The notes under the pieces are model-generated. The model had not been told where the DNA came from. It worked only from the letters and a program-made list of their open reading frames with translations, and searched no databases. The position numbers were made by a program, and so were the translations under genes. A stretch of 63,462 bases of DNA, filler included, from Anaerolineae bacterium (GTDB lineage: Bacteria; Chloroflexota; Anaerolineae; Epilineales; Epilineaceae): assembly GCA_029262755.1 (NCBI GenBank). It is 6 parts of 6 records of this genome, joined end to end, with 100 filler letters (N's around TTAATTAATTAA, not from the genome) between each part and the next. Parts side by side here need not be neighbours in the genome. Positions count along the whole stretch, not along the records: positions 31,759 to 56,064 come from JAJCYU010000110.1; 5 more parts are not named here. One strand, 5' to 3'. How positions within the stretch are numbered: the stretch's first letter is position 1; every line of letters begins with the position of its first letter. Of this stretch, positions 32,298-41,881 are shown one piece after another.

Positions 32298-32574
32298 CCG
32301 GCTCGCTGCCATAGCGTTCGGCCACATAGCGCGCCCGCTGCTCGCGCAGGCCCTCAAGCATCTCGCCGGACGTCACGCCAGCTTCGCGGCGCAACCGCTC
32401 TATCTCTCGCGCGAGTTCCGGAACCATTGCTCGCATCGGAGAGAGCACAAGGATCCCGTCAAAATCCATGATCTGATAGGTATCCCCTGCCTTTATCCCA
32501 TTGCGCGAACGGAGGCCCGAAGGAAGCGTCAATACGCCGCGCTCACGCACCTGCACCGAATCCACCATGGCCAT
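32281..32574 (-). CDS. AbrB/MazE/SpoVT-family antitoxin
   Basis: VQVRERGVLTLPSGLR...GIKAGD...GILVLSP; overlaps the PIN gene; GGAGG RBS. Confidence 0.85.
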   Translation of the reverse strand: MAMVDSVQVRERGVLTLPSGLRSRNGIKAGDTYQIMDFDGILVLSPMRAMVPELAREIERLRREAGVTSGEMLEGLREQRARYVAERYGSEPDAEGQ

Positions 32575-32896
32575 GACACCTCCCCAATACCGGAAATCCG
32601 TGAAGACAGTAATTCTGCCATCAAGATAGAGCCCTCTGCCGGGTTCGTCAACGTTGGGGCACAACGTGATTGCAGCCCGCGTACCCGCGGTCCGCGTCGG
32701 CATCCGGCCAATAACAACTGTGCCATCCGTCACCGTCGATGCGTGACGGGCGCCGCCCGTGGCGCGTGGCACCCGGCGCACTCGCCTGGTGACCCATCAC
32801 GCTGCTGCTCTGTGTCCTCGATCACGCCGGATTTCCGCCTTTCTTCGTAGGCTTAGGGTAGCTCAAGCATCTGGGCCGAGCGGAGAGGAGTCGGGT

Positions 32897-33646
32897 ATGA
32901 AGCCGATGGAACGGAGCTACTGGTTGACGCGGCTGGCGCGGGTCTCGGACATGGACGCAACCGTGAACGAAAGCGATTTCCAGCGTGCGCAGGCTGCCCA
33001 CCGCAGGCGCCGCTGGCGCGCGGAGCTGCGGGCCGGGTGCCTCGACCACGCCTGCGCGGAGTGGATGGAGACCGTAGACCGTCATGGGCTGCCGATCGAG
33101 ACGGCGCGTCGGCTTGCGGCGTCCGCCGGCACACCGTTGCTGCGCGCCATGCGCGACGAGGAGCGGAGGCTGCACGCCTCGCAACGACGGGCGAGGCTGG
33201 TCCGCTCCAGCTGCGAGGCCTGTGATCGGGCCATGGCCGGCCTGGCCCTGCTACTGGCACTCCTATCGGCGGGACTCGTACTGATGGCCGATCGCTCATT
33301 CGCAGGAGGAGCAGCAGCGGGTCCTGGGCCGTGGCTGATGGCGGCCCTGCTGGCGATGATGGCCGTGCGGCCGTTGGTCGACATCGTCGCAGGACTGCGG
33401 GCGCGCCGACTGCGCCGACAACTGCAGGACGTACCGCCGCACCAAGTGCGTGCGGAATCCGTCGTGGCGTATGCCGTGGCCGGCGCCGCCTCCGAACCGA
33501 GGCCCGCACGCGACACATGGTCCACCGTGGCCGCGAGCTGGGCGACGCTCGGTTGGCAGCCGAGCGAGTCCGTACACCGGGCAAGCCACGTCGCGCCGGG
33601 GCATCGCGCTACGCTTCGATCATCCCCTGGCGCGACGGTGCGCTAG
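32897..33646 (+). CDS. Hypothetical membrane protein (2 TM)
   Basis: GAGGAG RBS before ATG 32897; two hydrophobic segments. Confidence 0.5.
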   Translation: MKPMERSYWLTRLARVSDMDATVNESDFQRAQAAHRRRRWRAELRAGCLDHACAEWMETVDRHGLPIETARRLAASAGTPLLRAMRDEERRLHASQRRARLVRSSCEACDRAMAGLALLLALLSAGLVLMADRSFAGGAAAGPGPWLMAALLAMMAVRPLVDIVAGLRARRLRRQLQDVPPHQVRAESVVAYAVAGAASEPRPARDTWSTVAASWATLGWQPSESVHRASHVAPGHRATLRSSPGATVR

Positions 33647-33807
33647 TCGCGCTCTGATAGGCGGTAGCCGCTCTCCATCCGGTTGGAGAGCGGCCATCCT
33701 GACTCGCTCAGGCACGTCCACAACGTCAGAGCATCGATCGCGACGGCGCCGCTACGGCCGATGCCCTGCCACCCCTCCTGCGTCGGCCGAAGCTCCGGCC
33801 GGCGCTC

Positions 33808-34713
33808 TCAGCCCGTGCCGCGGGTCTTGGTGCGGCTGGGCTTGGCGTTCTTCTCGATGAACTCCACGATGGCGGCCGCGAGATTCTTGCCGGTCGCCTT
33901 CTCGATGCCTTCCAGGCCGGGCGAGGAGTTGACCTCCATCACGACGGGGCCGTGGTTGGAGCGCAAGAGGTCCACGCCGGCGACGTTGAGGCCCATCGTC
34001 TTGGCGGCCTTCACGGCCGTGGCGCGCTCGGCGGGGCTGATCTTCTCTGCGTTCGCGGTGCCGCCCTTGTGTAGGTTCGAGCGGAATTCACCCGCCTTGC
34101 CTTGACGCTTCATCGCCGCGACGACCTTGCCGCCCACAATGAAACAGCGGATGTCCGCGCCGCCGGCTTCCTTGATGAACTCCTGGACGAGGAAGCGGGT
34201 CTTCAGGCTTCGAAAGGCCTGGATGGTGCTCTCGGCCGCCTTGGGCGTCTCTGCTAGGACAACGCCCGTGCCCTGGGTGCCTTCGAGCAGCTTGACGATC
34301 AGCGGCGCACCGCCCACGAGGTCGATCAAGTCGTCCGTGGCGGACGTTGAGTGCGCGAAGCCCGTGACGGGCAAGCCGACGCCGGCGCGCGAGAGCAGTT
34401 GCAGGCTTCGCAGCTTATCGCGCGAGCGGCTGATGGCCACCGACTCGTTGACGGAGTAGACCCCGGCCATCTCGAACTGCCGCACCACCGCCGTGCCGTA
34501 GAAGGTCACGGACGCGCCGATGCGAGGGATGATCGCGTCGAAACCGGCAAGCACGTCGCCGCCGTAGTGGATCGTCGGCTTGCTCGACGTGATGTTCATG
34601 TAGCACAGGAGGTGGTTGATCACCCGCGCCTCGTGCCCGGACGCCTCGCAGGCCTCCACGAGTCGGCGTGTGGAAAAGGTGTTGGGCTCGCGGCTGAGGA
34701 TGCCGATTTTCAC
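33808..34713 (-). CDS. rimK: RimK alpha-L-glutamate ligase
   Basis: [58 protein letters not shown]. Confidence 0.96.
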   Translation of the reverse strand: MKIGILSREPNTFSTRRLVEACEASGHEARVINHLLCYMNITSSKPTIHYGGDVLAGFDAIIPRIGASVTFYGTAVVRQFEMAGVYSVNESVAISRSRDKLRSLQLLSRAGVGLPVTGFAHSTSATDDLIDLVGGAPLIVKLLEGTQGTGVVLAETPKAAESTIQAFRSLKTRFLVQEFIKEAGGADIRCFIVGGKVVAAMKRQGKAGEFRSNLHKGGTANAEKISPAERATAVKAAKTMGLNVAGVDLLRSNHGPVVMEVNSSPGLEGIEKATGKNLAAAIVEFIEKNAKPSRTKTRGTG

Positions 34714-34732
34714 GGGGTTCTCCTGGGATACT

Positions 34733-35260
34733 TCAAGGGCGGGTGCGCACGTGACGCACGCCGTAACGTTGGGCGATCTCGCGGCCGCGAACGCGACCTC
34801 GTAGGAAGGATGAGCCCGGATCCACCACCACCCGCCCTTCCATGGCGGTACGGCCGAGAAGCATGCGAAAGCGCATGGTCTCGCGGTTGGTCAAGGTCAG
34901 CTCGATGGGCCACGTGACGCCGCCGATCGTCACCGGAGTACGGATGACCACGCGCAGCTCGCTCTGCCCGCCTGAATTGGTGACCGCCCGCTCGTCCACG
35001 ACGTCCGTCTCGGCCTCGACGACGATGTCCGGGCGACGGCGTATCGGGTGGAGGACGAAGTGAACGCGGCGTACCCCGTTGTGCTCGAAGGTGTCGAGGT
35101 GATAGGCGTGTAGCGCCGATGTGCGCGCGCCGGTGTCCACCTTGGCCTTGATGGCGATCACGCCGATTTCCGGCATGGAAACCCACTCGCGCCAGCCAAC
35201 GGCGAGGCGGTCTTGGCTGAGAATCGCCCCATTGTCGGGCGAAGCGGAATCGTTACTCAC
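34733..35260 (-). CDS. RimK-associated retropepsin-like protease (RimB-like)
   Basis: [29 protein letters not shown]. Probable GTG start at 35260 overlapping the upstream stop. Confidence 0.9.
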   Translation of the reverse strand: MSNDSASPDNGAILSQDRLAVGWREWVSMPEIGVIAIKAKVDTGARTSALHAYHLDTFEHNGVRRVHFVLHPIRRRPDIVVEAETDVVDERAVTNSGGQSELRVVIRTPVTIGGVTWPIELTLTNRETMRFRMLLGRTAMEGRVVVDPGSSFLRGRVRGREIAQRYGVRHVRTRP

Positions 35261-38200
35261 GCGAGCCCGGAACGATCTCAAGCGTCAAGCGCTCGCCGTC
35301 TCGCAACACGATAATGGCCGCCGGCTCGCCGATCTTCAGGCTGTCCAGGACCGCCGTGTAGTCGTAGAGGTTCTCAAGCGTTTGCCCGGCGAGCTCTACG
35401 ATGATGTCACCTGCCTCCAGGCCGGCCTCGTCCGCCGGGCTCTCGGTGGAGACGCCCGAGAGCAACACGCCGGCAACACCCGTGTCGGCGTAGTCGGGAA
35501 TCGTGCCGAGGTAGACCCGGCCCATGCGCCGCGTCGATTCCCCGCTGGCCGCGACCTCGACGTACTCAGGCGCCGCGTCCAGCAAGGCCGCCGAGCGGGC
35601 GACCAGGCCCACCAACCGCGCCGTCTGCGCCAGATCCTCGTAGTCAAGCTTGTCCGCGGTGTCGCGCGGGCTGTGGTAATCCTCATGCGCGCCCGTGAAG
35701 GCCGAGAGGATCGGCACGCCGCGCAGGTAGAAGCTCGTGGCGTCGGTTGGCAAGTACGTGTCTTGCCCCAGCGACACGGGGAGTCCGACGACCACGTTGC
35801 GCTTTTCGATTTCCTCGGCCCAGAAGGGGCTCGACGCCACACCTTGGATCACGAGTTGGTCTTCAAGACGGCCGATCATGTCCATGTTCAGGTAGGCCGA
35901 CACGCCCGGGTAAATCGAGTCGCCGTCGCCGTCCTGGAGCTGCTTCACGTAGTGGCTGGAGCCGAGCAAGCCCATCTCCTCGCCGGACCATGCCGCAAAC
36001 ACGACATCGCGCTTCAGATCGGCGAGCTCACCCGCCGCTGCCTGGTCGGTGAACCACTGGGCGATCTCGATGACGCCGGCCACGCCGGAGGCATTGTCGT
36101 CCGCACCGTAGTGGATCTCGTTCTCTTCATCGGACCGCGCGAGGCTGTCGCCGCCCTGGCCGCGGCCCAAGTGGTCGACGTGCGCACCGATCACGACGAC
36201 CTCGTCGCGTGGTGCATCGCCCACCTGCAGCCGTCCCACGACGTTGCGCCCCGCGCCTTCGTCGAAGCTCAGCTCGAAGTGCGCCCCGGCGTTGACACCG
36301 CTCAGCGCGAAGCCCGCGACCTCTTCACCGCCGTCGAGCGCGGCCTGTGCATCGGCCAACGTCGTGTCGGTGCTGGCGAACCAGGCCGCCGCGGCGGCGT
36401 TGCTCACCGTGGCCGCGGCGATCGACGTGCCCGCCACGGACGCATCGAAGTCCAGCGGCACGAGCTCTTCCTTCACCTCGGCCGCGGGACCCGTGACCAC
36501 GATCATGCCAACCGCGCCACGGTCACGCGCCGCCATTGCCTTGAAGCGCAGCGAGCTGTAGCGCGCCAGATGCTGCCGGCGCTCTGCATCGACGTCCTCG
36601 GGCAGGTAGCGCAGCACGACGACCCAAGACTCTGCTACATCTAGGTCCGCGTAGCTGTCGTAATCGGCCTGTTCGCCGTCGTCCGGCGCCACGATCCCGT
36701 AGCCGGCGAAGACCAGCGGCGCGAAGCCGACCGAGCCTACCTTGGAGAAGGGGATGGGGCGCCAATCGGCATTCAGCGCCAGCTCCGGCTCGATGGTCTC
36801 GCCCTCGTCGTCCTGCAGCGAAAGCACGTTGGCGTTGCCCAGCGATACGCCGGACGTGAAGGGGAAGGCCTGGAAGTAGCTGCCGTCGTCTCCGGCCGGG
36901 GCTAGGCCAAGCGCTTCGAAGACCTCGGCAACGTAGGCCGTCGCCATCGCCTCGCCCTCCGTGCCGGTCTGCCGGCCGCCCATCTCCTCGGCCGCGAGAC
37001 GCTCTACGTGGAGGCGCGCATCGGCCGCCGCGATGTCGCTCGTCGTCGCGGCCAGATCCGGTGCCGCGACGGCCACATCGCCGCCGCCGTAGCTCGCGCG
37101 ACCGCGGGCGGCTCCGGCGCTCAGCAGCGCGAGCGCCGCATCGTGATCCCAATCGGCGATGGTCAGCTGCGACTTGCCGTCCGAACCACGGCGCGTCGAC
37201 CACGCCAGCCGCTCGCCGTCCGGCGAGAAGACCGGCAGCACGTCGGGGCCGTCGGTAAAGGTCACCCGCACGGGCTCTTTCGCACCGAGGGGATCGACCA
37301 TGTAGAGCTCGAAGTTGCCGAAGCCGTGTAGGTTCGTGGTGAAGATGATGTACTCGCCGCTTGGATGGAAGTAGGGCGCCCAACTCATCGCACCGAGGCG
37401 TGTGAGCTGTTGGGCGTCGCTGCCGTCCAGGGCCATCGTCCACACTTCGGCCTTGTCGCCCTCCAGGTTGAAGCGGCGCCACACGATGCGCGTGCCGTCC
37501 GGGCTGAAGAAGGGGCCGCCGTCGTAGCCCTCGACGTCGGTCAAGCGCTGCGGGTTCGAGCCGTCGGCGTCCATGATGTAGATGTCCATCTGCGACGATG
37601 GGTCCAGCTCGAAGAGCTCGGCCGCCTCTTCGTCGAGATCGGGGCTGACGGCGCCGTCGACGTAGGCATGCCGGTTCGACGCAAAGGCGATCTGGCTACC
37701 GTCCGGCGAGTAGGAGCCCTCAGCGTTGTAGCCAAGGGCGTTGGTGAGGTTGGTGTACTCGGCGTCGACGAGCGCGCCGTCTTCATCGCGCTCACCTTCG
37801 AGCGACACCGAGAAAATGTCGTAGTCCTTGTCGTAGTCCCAGTTGTAGCGCCGCGTCTCGCCGGAGTTGCGGAAGTCGATCTCGGTCTGCATATCGGCGG
37901 GCGCTTCGGGATCGTCGTGCGTCGAAGCAAAGAGGGCGATTTCGCCGTCGGGGTGGATCCAACCGCAGGTCGTCTTGCCGATGCCGGGCGAGACGCGCGT
38001 GGTATCCCCGGTCTCCAGATCGAGCACGTAGATCTGGTAGAAGGGGTTCTCCGGCTCGCGCTCGCTCTGGTAGATCAGGCGCTTGCCGTCCGCGCTGAAG
38101 TAGCCCTCGCCGGAGCGTTCGCCGGCGAAGATCAGCTGGCGGACGTTGGAGATCAGATCGGCCTCCGTATGCTCCTCGGCTACCGCCGTGTCGTCCGAGC

Positions 38201-38396
38201 CTTCTTCGCCTGCGTCATCGCCCTCGCCTGCATCGGGCGTAACGACCGTTCCATCCGTCGTCTCCGCGGTCGGCGCATCGGCTGGAGCCGGCTCCGTTCC
38301 GCCGCACGCGGTCAGCGTGGTGAGCGATATCAAGATCGTGAGCGCCGCGAGCCAACGTGCGACGCGAAGGTTTGCTAGGGTTGTTCGGCTGATCAT
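35253..38396 (-). CDS. Lipoprotein with TolB/PD40 repeats, PA domain, M28 peptidase and PDZ domain
   Basis: Lipobox LTAC; FSPDG repeats; FAGYGI (PA); GAHVDH, GADDNASG, GEEMGLLGS, NMDMIG, YHSPRD; C-terminal LGTIPDY...SPADEAGL. Confidence 0.92.
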   Translation of the reverse strand: MISRTTLANLRVARWLAALTILISLTTLTACGGTEPAPADAPTAETTDGTVVTPDAGEGDDAGEEGSDDTAVAEEHTEADLISNVRQLIFAGERSGEGYFSADGKRLIYQSEREPENPFYQIYVLDLETGDTTRVSPGIGKTTCGWIHPDGEIALFASTHDDPEAPADMQTEIDFRNSGETRRYNWDYDKDYDIFSVSLEGERDEDGALVDAEYTNLTNALGYNAEGSYSPDGSQIAFASNRHAYVDGAVSPDLDEEAAELFELDPSSQMDIYIMDADGSNPQRLTDVEGYDGGPFFSPDGTRIVWRRFNLEGDKAEVWTMALDGSDAQQLTRLGAMSWAPYFHPSGEYIIFTTNLHGFGNFELYMVDPLGAKEPVRVTFTDGPDVLPVFSPDGERLAWSTRRGSDGKSQLTIADWDHDAALALLSAGAARGRASYGGGDVAVAAPDLAATTSDIAAADARLHVERLAAEEMGGRQTGTEGEAMATAYVAEVFEALGLAPAGDDGSYFQAFPFTSGVSLGNANVLSLQDDEGETIEPELALNADWRPIPFSKVGSVGFAPLVFAGYGIVAPDDGEQADYDSYADLDVAESWVVVLRYLPEDVDAERRQHLARYSSLRFKAMAARDRGAVGMIVVTGPAAEVKEELVPLDFDASVAGTSIAAATVSNAAAAAWFASTDTTLADAQAALDGGEEVAGFALSGVNAGAHFELSFDEGAGRNVVGRLQVGDAPRDEVVVIGAHVDHLGRGQGGDSLARSDEENEIHYGADDNASGVAGVIEIAQWFTDQAAAGELADLKRDVVFAAWSGEEMGLLGSSHYVKQLQDGDGDSIYPGVSAYLNMDMIGRLEDQLVIQGVASSPFWAEEIEKRNVVVGLPVSLGQDTYLPTDATSFYLRGVPILSAFTGAHEDYHSPRDTADKLDYEDLAQTARLVGLVARSAALLDAAPEYVEVAASGESTRRMGRVYLGTIPDYADTGVAGVLLSGVSTESPADEAGLEAGDIIVELAGQTLENLYDYTAVLDSLKIGEPAAIIVLRDGERLTLEIVPGSRE

Positions 38397-38572
38397 GATG
38401 GTCTCCCCTCCTAGATACCGTGGAGGCTAGCGAATATTCCGTGGAAGCTAGCGTAGCGCCGGCGAAGCGGCGATTATTCGAGACGCGTCCAAATCGGGTC
38501 GTCTCGCGCGGAGAATGGGCGCATCGTAGCGGTTAATTGCTCCGCCAATCATATTTGAGTCCAGGAATGCGC

Positions 38573-39268
38573 ATGAAGAGTACACACGGTGACCAGTTCA
38601 ACCACGATCCTTGGGCGGCCGGATACGACCGCAACGTGCTCAACGAGCGCGACCCCATACGCACCGGCTACGCGGAGACCCTGCGCTGGGTCTGCGCTGC
38701 GGTCGGCGCGGCACCGGGCGATCTCGTCGTGGACCTCGGCTCCGGCACGGGCAATACGGCCCTCGGCCTAGACCCAAACGTGCGAATCCTGGGCATCGAC
38801 CTGTCCGAGCGCATGACCGCGCTCGCACGCGTCAAGCTCGCTGACCGTCCGCACGTCGAGTTCGTGATCGCCGATCTCCTCACGTGGATGAGCGCAGACG
38901 ACCCGCGCTTCGACGGGCTGGTGAGCACCTACGCGGTCCACCACCTGACCGAATCGGAGAAGGTTACGCTCTTCGAAGGCCTCTGGCGTCGCCTACGCCC
39001 CGGCGGACGCGCCGCCTTCGGCGACCTGATGTTCGCGGATGCGGCGTCGCAGGAACGCGTCGTGGCTCGTCTCGTTGCCGCCGGGCACGACGACATGGAG
39101 GAGGAGGTCGAAGAGGAGTTCTTCTGGCACGTCGATCAGGCGGTCGCTTCGTTTGAGAAGATCGGCTTCACCGTGCTCGAAACACGCCGCTTCTCGGACC
39201 TTAGCTGGGGGATCGCCGTGCAGCGGCCGTTCGGCAACGACGATCCGCTCCGCGAGCCGGACGCATGA
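38573..39268 (+). CDS. Class I SAM-dependent methyltransferase
   Basis: VVDLGSGTGN, GIDLSERM, STYAVHHL, LRPGG. Confidence 0.9.
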   Translation: MKSTHGDQFNHDPWAAGYDRNVLNERDPIRTGYAETLRWVCAAVGAAPGDLVVDLGSGTGNTALGLDPNVRILGIDLSERMTALARVKLADRPHVEFVIADLLTWMSADDPRFDGLVSTYAVHHLTESEKVTLFEGLWRRLRPGGRAAFGDLMFADAASQERVVARLVAAGHDDMEEEVEEEFFWHVDQAVASFEKIGFTVLETRRFSDLSWGIAVQRPFGNDDPLREPDA

Positions 39269-39744
39269 TCCGCGTGTGCTTCGTGTGCCTGGGCAACATC
39301 TGCCGCTCGCCCACCGCGGAGGGCGTGATGCGCCATCTGGTGGCCGAAGCCGGCTTGGAGGAGCACATCCACATCGAAAGCGCCGGCACCGGCGGCTGGC
39401 ACGCCGGCGAGCCCCCGGACCGCCGCTCGACGGCCGCCGCCGCGGCGCGCGGGATCCGCGTGGACGGCCGGGCGCAGCAATTCCTCGCCGATGACTTCGC
39501 GCGCTTCGATCACGTGCTGGCCATGGACGGCGACAACCTGCGCGACCTGCGCCGCATCGCGCCCAGTCCGGACCTCGCCGCGGCCGTGCAACTGCTGCGA
39601 TCGTACGATGCTTCGGCGCCCAAGGACGCGGATGTGCCCGACCCGTACTACGGCGGGCCAAGCGGCTTCGAGGACGTGTTGAACGTCGTACAGGCCGGCT
39701 GCCGCGGCTTGCTCGACGCGCTGCGCGAAGAGCACGGGTGGTAG
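39265..39744 (+). CDS. Low-molecular-weight protein-tyrosine phosphatase
   Basis: VCLGNICRSP P-loop, SAGT, LAMD, VPDPYY. Confidence 0.96.
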   Translation: MIRVCFVCLGNICRSPTAEGVMRHLVAEAGLEEHIHIESAGTGGWHAGEPPDRRSTAAAAARGIRVDGRAQQFLADDFARFDHVLAMDGDNLRDLRRIAPSPDLAAAVQLLRSYDASAPKDADVPDPYYGGPSGFEDVLNVVQAGCRGLLDALREEHGW

Positions 39745-39766
39745 CTGCGGGTAGGGCGGCGGGGGC

Positions 39767-40984
39767 GTGGATGGTGGGAGCGCAAAGGGCGCGGTCGATC
39801 GCGAGACGGACGTTGCCGGTCGCGCGGACGATGGTTGCGCGGGCGACGTGGATGATCGCGTGGACGGCGGTTTTGCGAGCGGCGATCGCGCGCCCAACGT
39901 CGCCGATCGCGCGCACGCTGGTTGCCGGGGCGACGCTCGCGCGCCCGACGTCGCCGATCGCGCGAACGTTGAGTGCGCGGTCGACGCCCGCGCACCGGCC
40001 GCGCACGATCGCGCAACCCCCGTGGTAGCTCGCGCCGCACGACCGGGCGCGGCCGGTCCCGCGGAAGCGCTCGCCGCCGCGCTCGGCACGACGGTCGTTG
40101 CCTCGCGACCGGTCTCCGGCGGCTCGATCAACGTGGCGCGCCGGGTAGACCTCGCGGACGGCCGACGCGCGTTCCTCAAGTTCAACACAGGCGCGGAAGC
40201 GCCGATGTTCGCCGCCGAAGCCGCCGGCCTTGCGTGGCTGGCCGATGCGAACGCGCTGTGCGTGCCGCGGGTCGTCGCGGTCGGCGGTCCGTTCGACGAG
40301 CCGCTCGGCGCACGCGGAGGTCGTCTCCGCAGCGATGGCGATCGTGCGCACCGTTTCGTAGAATCGTCCGTCCCCTTGCTCGCGCTGGAATGGATCGAGC
40401 CTGGACCACGCTCCCGGTCCTTCGACGCAGACTTCGGCCGCGGCCTCGCCCTCCTTCACCGTGCGGGTGCGCCGAGCTTCGGCCTGGACCACGACAACGT
40501 TCTGGCCACCCTGTCCCAAGACAACACGCCCGATCCGACCTGGCCTGAGTTCTATGCTCAGCGTCGCCTTGAGCCGCTCCTACGCCGCGCGATCGACCGC
40601 TCGCTCGCACCGCCGGGCTGGTCACGCCGCTTCGCGCGACTGTTCGATCGGCTCCCAACGCTGTGCGGACCGCCCGAGCCGCCGGCCCGGCTGCACGGCG
40701 ACCTTTGGAGCGGCAACGTGCACGCAACGTCCGAGGGCGACCCGTGCGTGCTCGATCCCGCGGTGTACGGCGGCCACCGCGAGATCGACCTCGCGATGCT
40801 CCAGCTCTTCGGCGCACCTTCGTCCACGTTCTTCGACGCCTACGACGCGACGTACGCGCTCGCTTCCGGCCGGCAAGAGCGCGTCCCGCTCTGGCAGCTC
40901 TACCCGCTGCTCGCGCACGTATGCCTCTTCGGCGGCGCGTATGTGTCCGGGGTGGAGGATGCGCTCAGGCGCGTTGGGGCGTAG
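39767..40984 (+). CDS. Fructosamine/ribulosamine-3-kinase family protein with repetitive N-terminal extension
   Basis: GGSIN, FLK, FAAEAAGL, LHGDLWSGN, LDPAVYGGHREIDLAM, QLYPLL. Start uncertain. Confidence 0.9.
   Translation: MDGGSAKGAVDRETDVAGRADDGCAGDVDDRVDGGFASGDRAPNVADRAHAGCRGDARAPDVADRANVECAVDARAPAAHDRATPVVARAARPGAAGPAEALAAALGTTVVASRPVSGGSINVARRVDLADGRRAFLKFNTGAEAPMFAAEAAGLAWLADANALCVPRVVAVGGPFDEPLGARGGRLRSDGDRAHRFVESSVPLLALEWIEPGPRSRSFDADFGRGLALLHRAGAPSFGLDHDNVLATLSQDNTPDPTWPEFYAQRRLEPLLRRAIDRSLAPPGWSRRFARLFDRLPTLCGPPEPPARLHGDLWSGNVHATSEGDPCVLDPAVYGGHREIDLAMLQLFGAPSSTFFDAYDATYALASGRQERVPLWQLYPLLAHVCLFGGAYVSGVEDALRRVGA
39797..40015 (+). repeat. Degenerate 51-nt (17-aa) tandem repeats
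   Basis: Units start near 39797, 39884, 39935 and 39986: DRETDVAGRADDGCAGD / DRAPNVADRAHAGCRGD / ARAPDVADRANVECAVD. Confidence 0.7.
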
Positions 40985-41182
40985 GGGCGCTTGCTGCGTG
41001 GGGGATTCCCAACTGGCCCGCCAACGAAGGTGGCAGAGCGAACGAGCGGGCGCAGGCCATTGCGAGCAATCGAAGCATCCGGGCGCACCGGCGCGGTCGA
41101 TTTCGAACCCTGGCGACCGACTAGTGCGCGTGCTAGCATCGCATTGCCGAGGCAGGTCACGTTCGGCGTCCAGGAGAGAACC

Positions 41183-41869
41183 ATGAACGAGCGACCGAGC
41201 GGGATCACGACGTTGATGTGGGCCCTGATCATCATCGGCATGCTCGGTGTATTTGGGAACGGGTTGGGCACGCTTACGGCGGTGGCAATGCCTGCCATCC
41301 TCGACATGTCGAGCACAGCGCAGCAATCGTTATTGGATAGCGCGCCCGACGACCCCGATGTGGCGGCGATCTTTGATTCGCAGCAGGCGATGATGGACGA
41401 GATGGTGGCCCTGTCTGCGCGCACGCAGCCGATTTCGCTCGGCCTCGGCATTCTCGGAATGCTCGTCTCCGTGTTCTTGGTGTTCGCCGCGTTTCGAGGG
41501 CTGCGGGGTGGCAACGCCAGAGTGTTGCTCGAGCGCGCCTTGTGGGCGGCCTCCGGCTGGGCCGTTCTGAAATTCGGCGCTGGCTTCTGGCTCCAGCAAG
41601 CGCAGTTCGCGGTGAGCCAAGCGCGGATGGAAGAGTCGCTCGAGATTGCGGGCATCGACCCCGGTTCTGGCGCTTTCGATGTCACCGGCATGCAGGACGC
41701 GATGGTGGCCGTCGGGCTCGCGTTCGGCGCATTGGTCGTCGTGTGCAAAGTCCTGCTCTACGGCTACGGCATTTGGACGGCCCGGCAACCAGAGGGCCGT
41801 CACTGGCTCGAGCAGGGTACCGCGTGGGTTGATTCGGAGCCCGCTGCCACCTTGCCACCTCTTTCGTAG
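41183..41869 (+). CDS. Hypothetical membrane protein (about 4 TM)
   Basis: CAGGAG RBS before ATG 41183; four hydrophobic segments. Confidence 0.75.
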   Translation: MNERPSGITTLMWALIIIGMLGVFGNGLGTLTAVAMPAILDMSSTAQQSLLDSAPDDPDVAAIFDSQQAMMDEMVALSARTQPISLGLGILGMLVSVFLVFAAFRGLRGGNARVLLERALWAASGWAVLKFGAGFWLQQAQFAVSQARMEESLEIAGIDPGSGAFDVTGMQDAMVAVGLAFGALVVVCKVLLYGYGIWTARQPEGRHWLEQGTAWVDSEPAATLPPLS

Positions 41870-41881
41870 GGAGATCCATTC

